Assembly: GCA_027306655.1 (NCBI GenBank)
Contig: DAHUZL010000031.1
Location: 830-64,829, forward strand
Source: Candidatus Dormiibacterota bacterium
GTDB lineage: Bacteria; Chloroflexota; Dormibacteria; Aeolococcales; Bog-877
Direction of reading: 5' to 3'
Length of the DNA stretch: 64,000 nt
A program made the position numbers and the translations under genes. The notes beneath the pieces were generated by a model. The model made no database searches, was not told where the DNA came from, and saw only the letters and a list, made by a program, of their open reading frames with translations. Below, one piece after another: positions 1 through 9,838 of the stretch (its first letter is position 1; every line of letters begins with the position of its first letter).

Positions 1-291
1 CAGACGCTCCAGCTCCCGCACCCCCCGGGCGGTGCTGGAGGGTTCCAGGGTGGGGCTGCTCGGCGAGACCAGGCCGAGCCGCATCCCCGGGGCGAGCCGC
101 GGGGGACGCAGGCGCGCCCGGGAGGGAGCCATCGCGGCCGAGCATACCGCCCGGCTCGGGGGGCTCGGCCGGGGTCGGGGTGGGCGGGCGGCCCGCCGAT
201 CGCCGGTAGACTGAGCCGGCGCCATCCCCCGGAGGGTGCCGGGCCCGGGGACGTCGGTGGCGGTGGGCAGGCGTCGGCCGGCGGCTGGGAG

Positions 292-3200
292 GTGGCGGGC
301 ATGACCGACGGACCGAGCTGGGCCGGCGCCCTCCACTGGCGCTCCATCGGCCCCTCGCGGGGCGGACGGGTGGTGGCGGTCGCCGGCGACCCGCGGGACC
401 GGGCCACGTTCTACTTCGGCGCCTGCGGGGGCGGGGTCTGGAAGACGGACGACGCCGGCACCACCTGGCGCAACGTCAGCGACGCCGCGTTCGGCAGCGG
501 GGCGGTGGGCGCCCTGGCGGTGGCGACGTCCGACCCCAACGTCATCTACGCCGGGACCGGGGAGGCCTGCGTTCGCAACGACGTCATCGCCGGCGACGGC
601 GTCTACCGCTCCACCGACGCCGGCCGCAGCTGGTCCCACCTCGGGCTCGCGGCCACCCGCCACATCGCCCGGGTCCGGGTGAGCCCGGTCGACCCGGACG
701 TGGTCTACGTCGCCGCCCTGGGCGACATCTTCGGGCCCGGGCCGGACCGGGGCGTCTACCGCTCCACCGACGGCGGGCGCCGCTGGGAGCAGGTCCTCTT
801 CCGCCACGAGCAGGCGGGCGCTTGCGATCTCTGGCTCGACCCCGGCAACCCACGGGTCCTCTACGCCGCCCTCTGGGAGGCGATCCGCCGTCCCTGGGGG
901 CTGGAGTCGGGCGGCCCCCAGAGCAGCCTCCATCGCTCCCGCGACGGAGGCGACCACTGGGAGGAGCTGACCCGCCGGCCCGGGCTCCCGACCAGCCTGA
1001 TCGGGCGGATGGGGGTGTGCGCCGCCCCCGGCCGGCCGCAGCGGGTCTTCGCCGTGATCGAGGCCGGGGAAGGGCAGGGCGGCCTCCACCGGAGCGAGGA
1101 CGGCGGCGACACCTGGGAGCGCGTCTCCACCGAGAAGGGGCTGCTCGGACGGCCCTGGTACTACTGCCACCTGGTCCCTGACCCCCAGGACCCCGACACC
1201 CTCTACGGGCTCGACTACGACCTCTGGCGGTCCATCGACGGCGGCCGCGTCTGGTCCCGGATCGAGACCCCGCACGGCGACAACCACGACCTCTGGATCG
1301 ACCCCGCGGACCCGCGCCGGATGATCGAGGGTAACGACGGCGGCGCCTGCGTGTCGCTGAACGGCGGCGCCAGCTTCACCACCGTCTACAACCAGCCGAC
1401 CGGCCAGTTCTACCACTGCGCCGTCGACGACCACTTCCCCTACCGCGTCTACGGCACCCAGCAGGACAACTCCGCGATCCGGGTGCCGAGCCGGAGCCGC
1501 GAGGGCGCGATCCTGTGGGAGGCGTGCGAGGTGGTCGGCCACGCCGAGAGCGGGTACATCGCCGTCGACCCCCGCGACGACGACATCGTCTACTGCGGCG
1601 CGGTGGGGAGCTCGGGGGGAGGCGGCGGGCCCCTGCTCCGCCACGACCACCGCACCGGGCGCTCCCAGAAGATCACGGTCTGGCCCGAGTCCGGCTACGG
1701 CGAGGACCCCAGCGGGTGGCGCCACCGGTTCCCCTGGACCTTCCCGGTGGGCCTCTCCCCCCATGACCCCGGCGTCCTCTACACCGCCGGCGAGCGGGTC
1801 TTCCGCTCCCGCGATGAGGGCCAGAGCTGGGAGGCGATCAGCCCCGACCTCACCCGCAACGACCCCACCAAGCTGCGCGCCTCGGGCGGCCCGATCACCC
1901 TGGACACCTCCGGCGCCGAGGTCTACTGCACGATCGCCAGCCTGGCCGAGTCCCCACTGCGGGCGGGCCTGCTCTGGGTGGGAACCGACGACGGCCGGGT
2001 GCAGGTCTCCCGCGACGGCGGGGGCGGCTGGGCGGACGTCACCCCGGAGGCGCTGCCCGAGTGGGCGTGGGTGGTCACGGTGGAGCCGTCCCCCCACGAC
2101 GTCGAGACCGTCTACGTCGCCGCCACCCGGTACCGGCTCCAGGACCGCCAGCCCTACCTCTTCCGGAGCCGTGACGGCGGTCGCAGCTGGACCCGGATCA
2201 CCGCCGGGATCGGCGGGGAGGACTTCTGCCGGGTGATCCGTGCCGACCCCGAGCGGCCGGGCCTCCTCTACTGCGGCACCGAGAGGGGGCCCTTCGTCTC
2301 GCTCGACGACGGCGACCAGTGGCGGCCGCTCCGGCTGAACCTGCCCGCGGTGCCGATCTACGACCTCGCCGTGAAGGGCGGCGACCTGGTCGCGGCCAGC
2401 CACGGGCGCGGGTTCTGGATCCTCGACGACGTCACCCCGCTGCGCCGCTGGACCGACGACTCGGCCCAGGCCCCGGTCACCCTGGTGGTGCCGGAGGTGG
2501 TGCATCGGTACCCGGCGCCGGCGGGCGGGTCCGGGGTCGAGCCCGGCCTCCACTTCCTCGGCAGCGTCGGGGCGTACGAGACGGTGCGCCGTCCCGACGG
2601 CGGTCACGATGTCGTGGTCCTGGGCGCGGGCGCCAACCCGCCCAGCGGGTGCACCGTCCGGTACTGGCTCCGGGAGGCGGTCCCGGCCGAGGCCCTGACG
2701 CTGACGGTGCGGGATCCCGGGGGAGGCGAGGTGGCCCGCTTCCAGGGGGTGCGACCCGAGCCGGGGACGGTGCCCGACTGCGAGCGCGATCGCTGCCGGC
2801 TGCTGCCGGCGGGCGAGGGCGGGCACGCCTTCACCTGGAACCTGCGTCGGGCGGGGGTGCATCTGGAGAGCCCGGGGCTGCGCAAGGAGCACCCCGACGA
2901 GGATGACCGCTTCTCGATGGAGGAGGGCCCCCTGGTCGCGCCGGGGAGCTATCAGGTCGAGCTCCGCGCCGGCGACCACACCGTGAGAGCCACCACCGAG
3001 GTCCGCAAGGACCCCACCACCCGTGCCACCGACTCCGACCTGGTCCGCCAGGCGGAGCTGCTCCAGGCGATCCAGGCGACCCAGGGCCGGCTCAACCACG
3101 GCCTCGCCCGGATCCAGCGGCTGCGGCGCGCCGCCGAGGGCTGGACCGGGCGCGCGGCCCTGCCGAGCGACGCGCGGGCGCGGATCGAGGGGATCATGGA

Positions 3201-3483
3201 GGCCGCCGCCGCGATCGAGGGGCGGCTCACCCAGCCCCGGATGCAGCACGAGATCGAGAGCATGGAGCACCCGGTCGGGCTCGATTACAAGCTGGCGGTG
3301 CTCCCCGACGTCGTCGCCAGCGCCGACACCGCCCCCACCCGTCAGGTGGAGGCGGTCTTCAGCGAGCTGCGGGGCCGGGCCGACGCCGCGCTGGGCGACC
3401 TCGACCGGCTCTGCGCCGAGGGGCTCGCCGACCTCAACGGCGCGCTGCTGCGATCCGGGCTGGCGCCGATCCCGGGGGACTGA
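292..3483 (+). CDS. BNR/Asp-box repeat beta-propeller protein (sortilin/Vps10-like or GH74-like), 1063 aa, with a helical C-terminal ~160 aa
   Basis: About 10 S-x-D-x-G-x-T/S-W Asp-box motifs read directly in the translation (TDDAGTTW, STDAGRSW, STDGGRRW, SRDGGDHW, SEDGGDTW, SIDGGRVW, SRDEGQSW, SRDGGGGW, SRDGGRSW). No N-terminal hydrophobic signal segment. Confidence 0.7.
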   Translation: MAGMTDGPSWAGALHWRSIGPSRGGRVVAVAGDPRDRATFYFGACGGGVWKTDDAGTTWRNVSDAAFGSGAVGALAVATSDPNVIYAGTGEACVRNDVIAGDGVYRSTDAGRSWSHLGLAATRHIARVRVSPVDPDVVYVAALGDIFGPGPDRGVYRSTDGGRRWEQVLFRHEQAGACDLWLDPGNPRVLYAALWEAIRRPWGLESGGPQSSLHRSRDGGDHWEELTRRPGLPTSLIGRMGVCAAPGRPQRVFAVIEAGEGQGGLHRSEDGGDTWERVSTEKGLLGRPWYYCHLVPDPQDPDTLYGLDYDLWRSIDGGRVWSRIETPHGDNHDLWIDPADPRRMIEGNDGGACVSLNGGASFTTVYNQPTGQFYHCAVDDHFPYRVYGTQQDNSAIRVPSRSREGAILWEACEVVGHAESGYIAVDPRDDDIVYCGAVGSSGGGGGPLLRHDHRTGRSQKITVWPESGYGEDPSGWRHRFPWTFPVGLSPHDPGVLYTAGERVFRSRDEGQSWEAISPDLTRNDPTKLRASGGPITLDTSGAEVYCTIASLAESPLRAGLLWVGTDDGRVQVSRDGGGGWADVTPEALPEWAWVVTVEPSPHDVETVYVAATRYRLQDRQPYLFRSRDGGRSWTRITAGIGGEDFCRVIRADPERPGLLYCGTERGPFVSLDDGDQWRPLRLNLPAVPIYDLAVKGGDLVAASHGRGFWILDDVTPLRRWTDDSAQAPVTLVVPEVVHRYPAPAGGSGVEPGLHFLGSVGAYETVRRPDGGHDVVVLGAGANPPSGCTVRYWLREAVPAEALTLTVRDPGGGEVARFQGVRPEPGTVPDCERDRCRLLPAGEGGHAFTWNLRRAGVHLESPGLRKEHPDEDDRFSMEEGPLVAPGSYQVELRAGDHTVRATTEVRKDPTTRATDSDLVRQAELLQAIQATQGRLNHGLARIQRLRRAAEGWTGRAALPSDARARIEGIMEAAAAIEGRLTQPRMQHEIESMEHPVGLDYKLAVLPDVVASADTAPTRQVEAVFSELRGRADAALGDLDRLCAEGLADLNGALLRSGLAPIPGD

Positions 3484-3497
3484 CGCCGCGCCCCGAT

Positions 3498-3526
3498 CGG
3501 GGCGGGGGCCGCGGCCCCCGCCCCGG
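3498..3526. terminator. GC-rich perfect hairpin between convergent genes (13-bp stem, 3-nt loop); candidate bidirectional terminator
   Basis: cggggcgggggcc-gcg-ggcccccgccccg is exactly self-complementary. It lies between the + strand BNR gene stop (3483) and the - strand SBP stop (3562). Confidence 0.45.
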
Positions 3527-3561
3527 GCCGGTCCCGGGGCCGTCCCCGGGATCGCGCTCGG

Positions 3562-5415
3562 CTATGTGCCGAGCGACCAGTACTGGGTGTTGAGGTACAG
3601 GAGCGGTCCCTGGACCACGCCCTTCAGGGTGTCTTTGATGACGCTCAGCTGGGCGTCCGGCGAGGGCAGCCAGAGGTCGGGCAGCTGCTTTTCCATGAAT
3701 GCCTGGTACTGGTACATCGGCGCAATCCCGTTCGCCTTGTGGGTCGCCGCGATCAGCGCGCTGGCGGTGGCGTTGCAGTAGCCGCCGGCGTTGTTGACCG
3801 ACCCGCAGCGGAGGATCTGGCCCCCGCTGGGATACGGGGAGTAGGTCCAGGCGTCGGGATTCTGCCAGTTGCCGATCTCCCAGTGACAGGTGGGCGCGTT
3901 GGTCTTGACGCAGGGGTCGACCACCGAGATCACCGAGTCGAAGGTCTGGGTCGAGAGCTGGAGCTGGATCCCCGCGGCCAGAAAGGACGACCGCAGCGCC
4001 TCCATCTCCTGCTCCAGGGCCAGGTAGCCGCTGTCGTACAGGAGGGTGAAGCTGAGCTGGGCCCCCGCCTTGATCCCGGCCCCGCAGTCGGCGGGACCGG
4101 CTCCGGGATGCCGGCAGGTGGAGGTCCCATTGGGATGGACCGCCCAGCCGTGGTCGCTGAGGAGGCGGACCGCGGCGGCCGGGTCGTAGGGGTAGGCAGC
4201 GTCCAGCTCGGCGCGGTTCAGGAATTGGGTCGCGGGTGCGCAGGGGACGGGGCCGTAGCAGGCGGTGGCGAAGCCCTTGAAGATGTCACGGACGTAGGCC
4301 GGTTGGTCGATGAGATGCTGCATCGCCTGGCGCACGTACAGCTGCTTCAGGATCGGCGCCGCCCCCAGGGTGTTGGTGTAGTTGAGGGGCATGAAGGTCG
4401 TGGCCCAGCCGATCTCGGGCGCGATCCGATAGCCGGCGCGCTCCAGCGCCTGCCGCTGGCTGATGTCCTGGATGGGCAGGTAGCCGTAGTCGACCGCTCC
4501 CGAGCGCAGGGCGTCGAACTCGGCGGTGTCGCCGGTGAAGGGCACCAGCTCCAGGGTGCCGATGCGGGGGCTCGGGCCGGGCCCGCGATACGCCGAGTTT
4601 CGGGAGAAGACCGTGAAGCCGGTGCTGGCGTCGAAGGAGGACAGGTGCCAGGGCCCGTCCACCACCTTCCAGAGCGGGCTGGTGGCGTAGGTGGCGAGCT
4701 TCTGCGACTGGCCGTTGAGGTACTTGTAGACCGCTCGCGCCCCCGCCGGCGTCTGGTCGTAGTTTCCGACCGCGCCTCCGGCCGAGGTCCGATCCCAGGC
4801 GTGCTGGGGGATCGGGGTCACCTGCAGGAGCTCGTTGTAGAGGAGCCAGTAGTCGTTGTAGACCCCGTTGAAGGTGAGGCTGAAGGTGTGGGCGTTGAGG
4901 TAGTCCTGCCCGACCACGTTGTAGGGGAAGGCGCCCGGCACCTCCGCGTACCAGTCGCCCACGTTGGCCTTGACCAGGTTCATCCAGAACTGGACGTCCC
5001 GGGAGGTGATCGGCTGCCCGTCCGACCAGTTGAGCGACTTCAGCGTGATGGTGACGACGGTGTGGCCGCCCCGGACCGAGAACTGGGGCGGGTCGGCGAG
5101 GCTGAGCGCGGGGTTGACCTTGATCTGGCTGCCGGTCTGGTAGTAGTAGAGCGTCTGGTAGAGCATCGGCTGGAAGTAGGTGAGGTTGAGGACGCTGGAG
5201 TCCGCCGCCGGGGTCAGCGGGAAGATGTAGTTGGGGGTGTTGCCGGCGGGGAGGGCGTAGGTGACGGTGCCGGTGGCGGCGTGCGGCCGGGCGGTGGCGG
5301 CGGCGCTGCCCGCGCCGGCCGCCACCAGCACCAGCGGCAGAATGGCCGCGAGCGCCCGCCGGCGCCAGCGGGGCGCGCGCAGTGGTCTCGCGGCCTCGGG
5401 AGTGAGATCGATCAC
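3562..5415 (-). CDS. ABC transporter substrate-binding protein, family 5 (Dpp/Opp-like), with a Tat-type signal peptide; orphan (no permease or ATPase nearby)
   Basis: 617 aa. N-terminus RWRRRALAAILPLVLVAAGAGSAAA is a twin-arginine signal, followed by a family-5 SBP-like body. GTG start with a GAGGAGG SD 8 nt upstream. Confidence 0.7.
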   Translation of the reverse strand: MIDLTPEAARPLRAPRWRRRALAAILPLVLVAAGAGSAAATARPHAATGTVTYALPAGNTPNYIFPLTPAADSSVLNLTYFQPMLYQTLYYYQTGSQIKVNPALSLADPPQFSVRGGHTVVTITLKSLNWSDGQPITSRDVQFWMNLVKANVGDWYAEVPGAFPYNVVGQDYLNAHTFSLTFNGVYNDYWLLYNELLQVTPIPQHAWDRTSAGGAVGNYDQTPAGARAVYKYLNGQSQKLATYATSPLWKVVDGPWHLSSFDASTGFTVFSRNSAYRGPGPSPRIGTLELVPFTGDTAEFDALRSGAVDYGYLPIQDISQRQALERAGYRIAPEIGWATTFMPLNYTNTLGAAPILKQLYVRQAMQHLIDQPAYVRDIFKGFATACYGPVPCAPATQFLNRAELDAAYPYDPAAAVRLLSDHGWAVHPNGTSTCRHPGAGPADCGAGIKAGAQLSFTLLYDSGYLALEQEMEALRSSFLAAGIQLQLSTQTFDSVISVVDPCVKTNAPTCHWEIGNWQNPDAWTYSPYPSGGQILRCGSVNNAGGYCNATASALIAATHKANGIAPMYQYQAFMEKQLPDLWLPSPDAQLSVIKDTLKGVVQGPLLYLNTQYWSLGT

Positions 5416-5573
5416 GACGGGGTCCTCCTCTGCACATCGACGTCGAGAGCTGGCCGGGCCGGGCCCCGACCGCGCCTATGGCCAGCCGATCGTTGGGGGG
5501 GAAGTCTACTCGCCCGCGCCGCGCCGCGCGCCCGGACGAGGCGGCCATCGGGCCGCGGCCGCCCCGGGCGGCG

Positions 5574-7691
5574 TCAGTCGGCGCGCCGGAGGAGCTGAAG
5601 CGAGCGCCCCTCGACGCCGACCAGTTCGCCGGCCCGCCGCGGCGGGCCCTCCGCCAGCGGGTCCCCCGCCGCGGTGTCGAGGATCCCCACCCACCGCTGG
5701 CCCCAGCGCCCCTGGGGGAGCCGGAACGGCACCGGCTCGTGGTGGGCGTTGAGGAGGACGAAGAAGCTGTCGTCGGTGACCCGCTCGCCCCTGCGCCCCG
5801 GGCTCGGGATCTGGTCGCCGTTGAGGAAGACGCCGATCGACTTGACGAAGCCCTGGCCCCACTCGTCGTCGGTCATCTCCTCCCCGCTGGGGGTGAACCA
5901 GCCGATGTCGGAGACCCCGGAGCCGTGCAGCGGGCGCCCCTCGAACCACTTGCGCCGGTGCAGGACCGGATGGCGCTGGCGCAGGCCCACCAGGTGGGCG
6001 GTGAAGTCCAGCAGCCGGCGGGCCTCGTCGTCCAGCTCCCACTCGAACCAGGAGAGCGCCGTGTCCTGGCAGTAGGCGTTGTTGTTGCCGGCCTGGGTCC
6101 GCCCCATCTCGTCGCCGCCGAGGATCATCGGAACCCCCTGGGAGAGCAGCAGGGTGGCGAGCATGTTGCGCGACTGGCGCCGTCGCAGGGCGCTGACCGC
6201 GGGATCGTCGGTGGGCCCCTCGGCGCCGCAGTTCCAGGACCGGTTGTCGTCGGCGCCGTCGCGATTGTCCTCGCCGTTGGCCTGGTTGTGCTTGTGCTCG
6301 TAGCTGACCAGGTCGCGGAGGGTGAAGCCGTCGTGGCAGGTGATGAAGTTGATCGAGGCGTACGGGCGCCGGCCGTTGGACGCGTAGAGGTCGGAGCTGC
6401 CCGTGAATCGGTAGGCGAACTCGGCGACGCCCCGCTCCGCCCCCCGCCAGTAGTCGCGGACGGTGTCCCGGTAGCGACCGTTCCACTCCGACCAGAGGGG
6501 GGGGAAGTTGCCCACCTGATAACCGCCCTCGCCGACGTCCCAGGGCTCGGCGATCAGCTTGACCTGGCTCACCACCGGGTCCTGCTGGATCAGGTCGAAG
6601 AACGCCGAGAGACGGTCGACGTCGTGGAGCTCGCGGGCCAGGGTGGCGGCGAGGTCGAAGCGGAAGCCGTCGACGTGCATCTCCAGGACCCAGTAGCGGA
6701 GGCTGTCCATGATCAGCTGGAGCACGTGGGGATGGCGCATGTTCATGGTGTTGCCGGTACCGGTGTAGTCGATGTAGCGGCGCGGGTCGGCGGGGTCGAG
6801 CCGGTAGTAGGCCTCGTTGTCGATGCCCCGGAAGCAGAGGGTCGGGCCCCGCTCGCTGCCCTCGCCGGTGTGGTTGTAGACCACGTCCAGAATCACCTCG
6901 ATCCCGGCGGCGTGGAGGGCCTTGACCATGGCCTTGAACTCGGGCACCTGCTGTCCGCGCGGGCCGGCGGCGCTGTAGGCGGCGTGGGGGGCGAGGAACC
7001 CGATCGAGTTGTAGCCCCAGTAGTTGCGGAGCCCGCGGGCGGCGAGCCGGCCGTCGTCCACGAAGTGGTGCACCGGGAGCAGCTCCAGGGCGGTGATCCC
7101 GAGCCGCTCCAGGTGAGCGATCACCGCCGGGGTGGCGAGGCCGGCGTAGGTCCCCCGGAGCTCGAGCGGGACGTCGGGGTGACGCATGGTGAGGCCGCGG
7201 ACGTGGGCCTCGTAGACCACGGTCTCGTGCCAGGGAGTGCGCAGGGGCCCGTCGCTGCCCCAGTCGAAGGCGGGGTCGACCACCACCGAGCGGGGCACCA
7301 GGCCGGCGCTGTCCTCGGTGTTGCGGAGCGTCTCCGCGTCGGGGGCGTCGAAGGGGTAGCCGTGGACCGCCTCGGCCCAGCGGACGTCCCCGTCGATGGC
7401 CCGGGCGTAGGGGTCGATCAGGAGCTTGTGGGGGTTGTAGCGGAGCCCGTCGCGGGGTCGGTGGGGGCCATCCACGCGGTAGCCGTAGCGCTGCCCCGGC
7501 CCCACCCCGGGCAGGTAGGCATGCCAGCAGAAGGCGGTCACCTCGCTGAGATCGACCGCGGTCTCGCGGCCGGCGTCGTCGAAGAGGCAGAGCCGGACCT
7601 GGTCGGCGTGCTCGGCGAAGAGGGAGAAGTTGGTTCCCCGTCCGTCGTAGGTCGCGCCCAGCGGGTACGGCTGTCCCGGCCAGGTGGTCAC
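5574..7691 (-). CDS. glgX: Glycogen debranching enzyme GlgX (GH13)
   Basis: [37 protein letters not shown] aligns with the GlgX N-terminus, and GH13 catalytic regions follow. I trimmed the ORF-track 5' extension (to 8585) to the GTG at 7691-7689, which overlaps the uvrB stop (GTGA). Confidence 0.85.
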   Translation of the reverse strand: MTTWPGQPYPLGATYDGRGTNFSLFAEHADQVRLCLFDDAGRETAVDLSEVTAFCWHAYLPGVGPGQRYGYRVDGPHRPRDGLRYNPHKLLIDPYARAIDGDVRWAEAVHGYPFDAPDAETLRNTEDSAGLVPRSVVVDPAFDWGSDGPLRTPWHETVVYEAHVRGLTMRHPDVPLELRGTYAGLATPAVIAHLERLGITALELLPVHHFVDDGRLAARGLRNYWGYNSIGFLAPHAAYSAAGPRGQQVPEFKAMVKALHAAGIEVILDVVYNHTGEGSERGPTLCFRGIDNEAYYRLDPADPRRYIDYTGTGNTMNMRHPHVLQLIMDSLRYWVLEMHVDGFRFDLAATLARELHDVDRLSAFFDLIQQDPVVSQVKLIAEPWDVGEGGYQVGNFPPLWSEWNGRYRDTVRDYWRGAERGVAEFAYRFTGSSDLYASNGRRPYASINFITCHDGFTLRDLVSYEHKHNQANGEDNRDGADDNRSWNCGAEGPTDDPAVSALRRRQSRNMLATLLLSQGVPMILGGDEMGRTQAGNNNAYCQDTALSWFEWELDDEARRLLDFTAHLVGLRQRHPVLHRRKWFEGRPLHGSGVSDIGWFTPSGEEMTDDEWGQGFVKSIGVFLNGDQIPSPGRRGERVTDDSFFVLLNAHHEPVPFRLPQGRWGQRWVGILDTAAGDPLAEGPPRRAGELVGVEGRSLQLLRRAD

Positions 7692-9736
7692 GGGCCGCGG
7701 CGGCGCCGCGGCGGGCGGGGCGCGGCTCGCGCGGTCGGCTCCGCCGCCGCCGCCGCAGGATCCCGGCGGATCGCCACCAGCCGGTCGCGCAGCTGGGCCG
7801 CCCGCTCGAACTCCAGCCCCTCGGCGGCGCGGTGCATGGCGCGCTCCAGCTCCCGGGTGAGGCGCAGCAGCTCGTCCGGCGGCAGCCCCTGGGTCTCCTG
7901 GAACGCCGCCGCCTCCTCCCTGCGGGTCGCCCGCATCCCCTCCGCCTCGCGCACCGCCTTGACGACGGTGCTGGGGGTGATCCCGTGGGCCTGGTTGTAG
8001 GCGGTCTGGGCCGCCCGCCGCCGCACCGTCTCGTCGATCGCCGCCCGCATCGCGTCGGAGATGCGATCGGCGTACATCACCACCTCGGCGTTGACGTTGC
8101 GGGCCGCCCGGCCGACGGTCTGGATCAGCGACCGGGCGCTGCGCAGGTACCCCTCCTTGTCGGCGTCGAGGATGGCGATGCTGGAGACCTCGGGCAGGTC
8201 CAGCCCCTCGCGCAGGAGGTTGATCCCGACCAGGGCATCGTAGACGCCGAGGCGGAGGTCGCGGAGGATCTCCACCCGCTCCAGGGTGTCGATGTCGGAG
8301 TGGAGGTACTGGACGCGGACCCCCGCCTCGCGCAGGTAGTCGGTGAGGTCCTCCGCCATCCGCTTGGTGAGGGTGGTGACCAGGGTCCGCTCGCCCCGGG
8401 CGGTGGTGGCGCGGATCAGGCCCAGGAGGTGGTCGATCTGGCCCCGGGTGGGCTCCACCCGCACCACCGGGTCGAGCAGGCCGGTGGGGCGGATCAGCTG
8501 CTCCACCACCTGGGTGGCGCGCTCCAGCTCGTAGGGGCCGGGGGTGGCCGAGACATAGATGAGCTGGCCCGTCGCCTGCTCCCACTCGGCGAAGGTGAGC
8601 GGTCGGTTGTCGAGGGCGGAGGGGAGGCGGAAGCCGTAGGCGACCAGCGGCAGCTTGCGGGAGCGGTCGCCGCCGACCATGCCCCCGATCTGCGGCACCG
8701 CGATGTGCGACTCGTCGACCACCACCAGGGCGTCGGTCGGGAGGAAGTCCATCAGGGTGAAGGGGCGCTCGCCGGGCTGGCGGCCGGTGAGGTGGCGCGA
8801 GTAGTTCTCCACCCCAGCGCAGCTCCCGGTCTCGCGCAGCATCTCCAGGTCGAAGAGGGTGCGCTGGCGGAGCCGTTGGGCCTCCAGCAGCTTGCCCTCC
8901 CGCTCCAGCTCCTGACCTCGCTCCTCCAGCTCATCCTCGATCGCGGTCAGCGCGCGCTGGAGACGATCCTGCGGCGTGACGTAGTGGGAGGCGGGAAAGA
9001 TGGTGAGGGCGTCGCGCTCGCCGAGCAGCTCCCCCGTGAGCGGGTCGAAGTCGCGGATGCGCTCGACCGTGTCCCCGAAGAACTCGATCCGGGTGGCGAT
9101 CTCCTCGGAGGCGGGCAGGATGTCGACGGTGTCGCCGCGCACCCGGAAGCGGGACCGGGCGAAGTCGACGTCGTTGCGCTGGTACTGGAGGTCCGACAGC
9201 TTGCGCAGGACGATGTCGCGGCGCCAGCTGTCGCCGCGGCTGAGCGTGATCGACTCCCCCAGGTAGTCCTCCGGGGAGCCCACCCCGTAGATGCAGGAGA
9301 TGGAGGCGACCACGATCACGTCGCGCCGGGTGAGCAGCGAGCGGGTGGCGCCGTTGCGGAGCCGATCGATCTCCTCGTTGCGGGAGGAGTCCTTCTCGAT
9401 GTAGGTGTCGGTGCGGGCGATGTAGGCCTCCGGCTGGTAGTAGTCGTAGTAGGAGACGAAGTACTCCACCGCGTGCTCCGGGAAGAAGGCCTTGAACTCC
9501 GCCCAGAGCTGGGCGGCGAGGGTCTTGTTGGGACTGAGGACCAGGGTCGGCCGGCCGAATCGAGCGATGACGTTCGAGATCGTGAACGTCTTGCCGCTGC
9601 CCGTCACTCCGAGCAGGACCTGGTGGCGGTCGCCCCGCTCCACGCCGCCGGCGAGCCGCTCGATCGCCTGCGGCTGATCGCCGGTGGGCTCGAACGGGGC
9701 GGTGAGGCGGAGCTGCGGGGTCGAGGCGGTGGCCAT
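7688..9736 (-). CDS. uvrB: Excinuclease ABC subunit B
   Basis: Full-length UvrB (682 aa) with P-loop [10 protein letters not shown], helicase motifs and the C-terminal UvrB/UvrC interaction helix. The start is the ATG at 9736; the ORF-track extension to 12121 is GC artefact. Confidence 0.95.
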   Translation of the reverse strand: MATASTPQLRLTAPFEPTGDQPQAIERLAGGVERGDRHQVLLGVTGSGKTFTISNVIARFGRPTLVLSPNKTLAAQLWAEFKAFFPEHAVEYFVSYYDYYQPEAYIARTDTYIEKDSSRNEEIDRLRNGATRSLLTRRDVIVVASISCIYGVGSPEDYLGESITLSRGDSWRRDIVLRKLSDLQYQRNDVDFARSRFRVRGDTVDILPASEEIATRIEFFGDTVERIRDFDPLTGELLGERDALTIFPASHYVTPQDRLQRALTAIEDELEERGQELEREGKLLEAQRLRQRTLFDLEMLRETGSCAGVENYSRHLTGRQPGERPFTLMDFLPTDALVVVDESHIAVPQIGGMVGGDRSRKLPLVAYGFRLPSALDNRPLTFAEWEQATGQLIYVSATPGPYELERATQVVEQLIRPTGLLDPVVRVEPTRGQIDHLLGLIRATTARGERTLVTTLTKRMAEDLTDYLREAGVRVQYLHSDIDTLERVEILRDLRLGVYDALVGINLLREGLDLPEVSSIAILDADKEGYLRSARSLIQTVGRAARNVNAEVVMYADRISDAMRAAIDETVRRRAAQTAYNQAHGITPSTVVKAVREAEGMRATRREEAAAFQETQGLPPDELLRLTRELERAMHRAAEGLEFERAAQLRDRLVAIRRDPAAAAAEPTARAAPRPPRRRRGP

Positions 9737-9838
9737 CCGCCGAGTATGCCAAAGGCCCCCCGACCCGGTCGGCGGCGGCGCGCTTCGTAGACTGGGTGGG
9801 CGGCCGGCCGGTCGGGCGGCCGGCCCCTGGAGACCCGC

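Noticed and set aside
1-291. Possible minus-strand ORF start (ATGs at 131/143/226) running off the left edge
   Set aside because: The translations (MAPSRARLRPPRLAPGMRLGLVSP... and similar) show no recognisable family features, and the fragment is too short to call. Left unannotated.
3739-5598. 619-aa ORF on the + strand, plus similar long antisense ORFs at 5478-8000, 7832-9790, 13476-15200, 15291-17120, 21992-25849, 31876-35814, 39724-44259 and 45796-47109
   Set aside because: Each lies exactly opposite a gene with strong conserved-family evidence (SBP, GlgX, UvrB, PolA, DnaE, the cyclase-STAND gene, PcrA/GroEL, the tsa cluster). Their translations are low-complexity Arg/Gly/Pro/Ala-rich with no recognisable motifs. 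This is the classic stop-codon-poor antisense artefact of >70% GC DNA.
7692-8585. 5' extensions of ORF-track entries (glgX to 8585, uvrB to 12121, rlmD to 29050, adk to 61668, rpoA to 58101, rimI to 46598, and others)
   Set aside because: The extensions overlap neighbouring real genes in other frames and are compositionally low-complexity. Family homology begins at an internal ATG/GTG, which I used instead.
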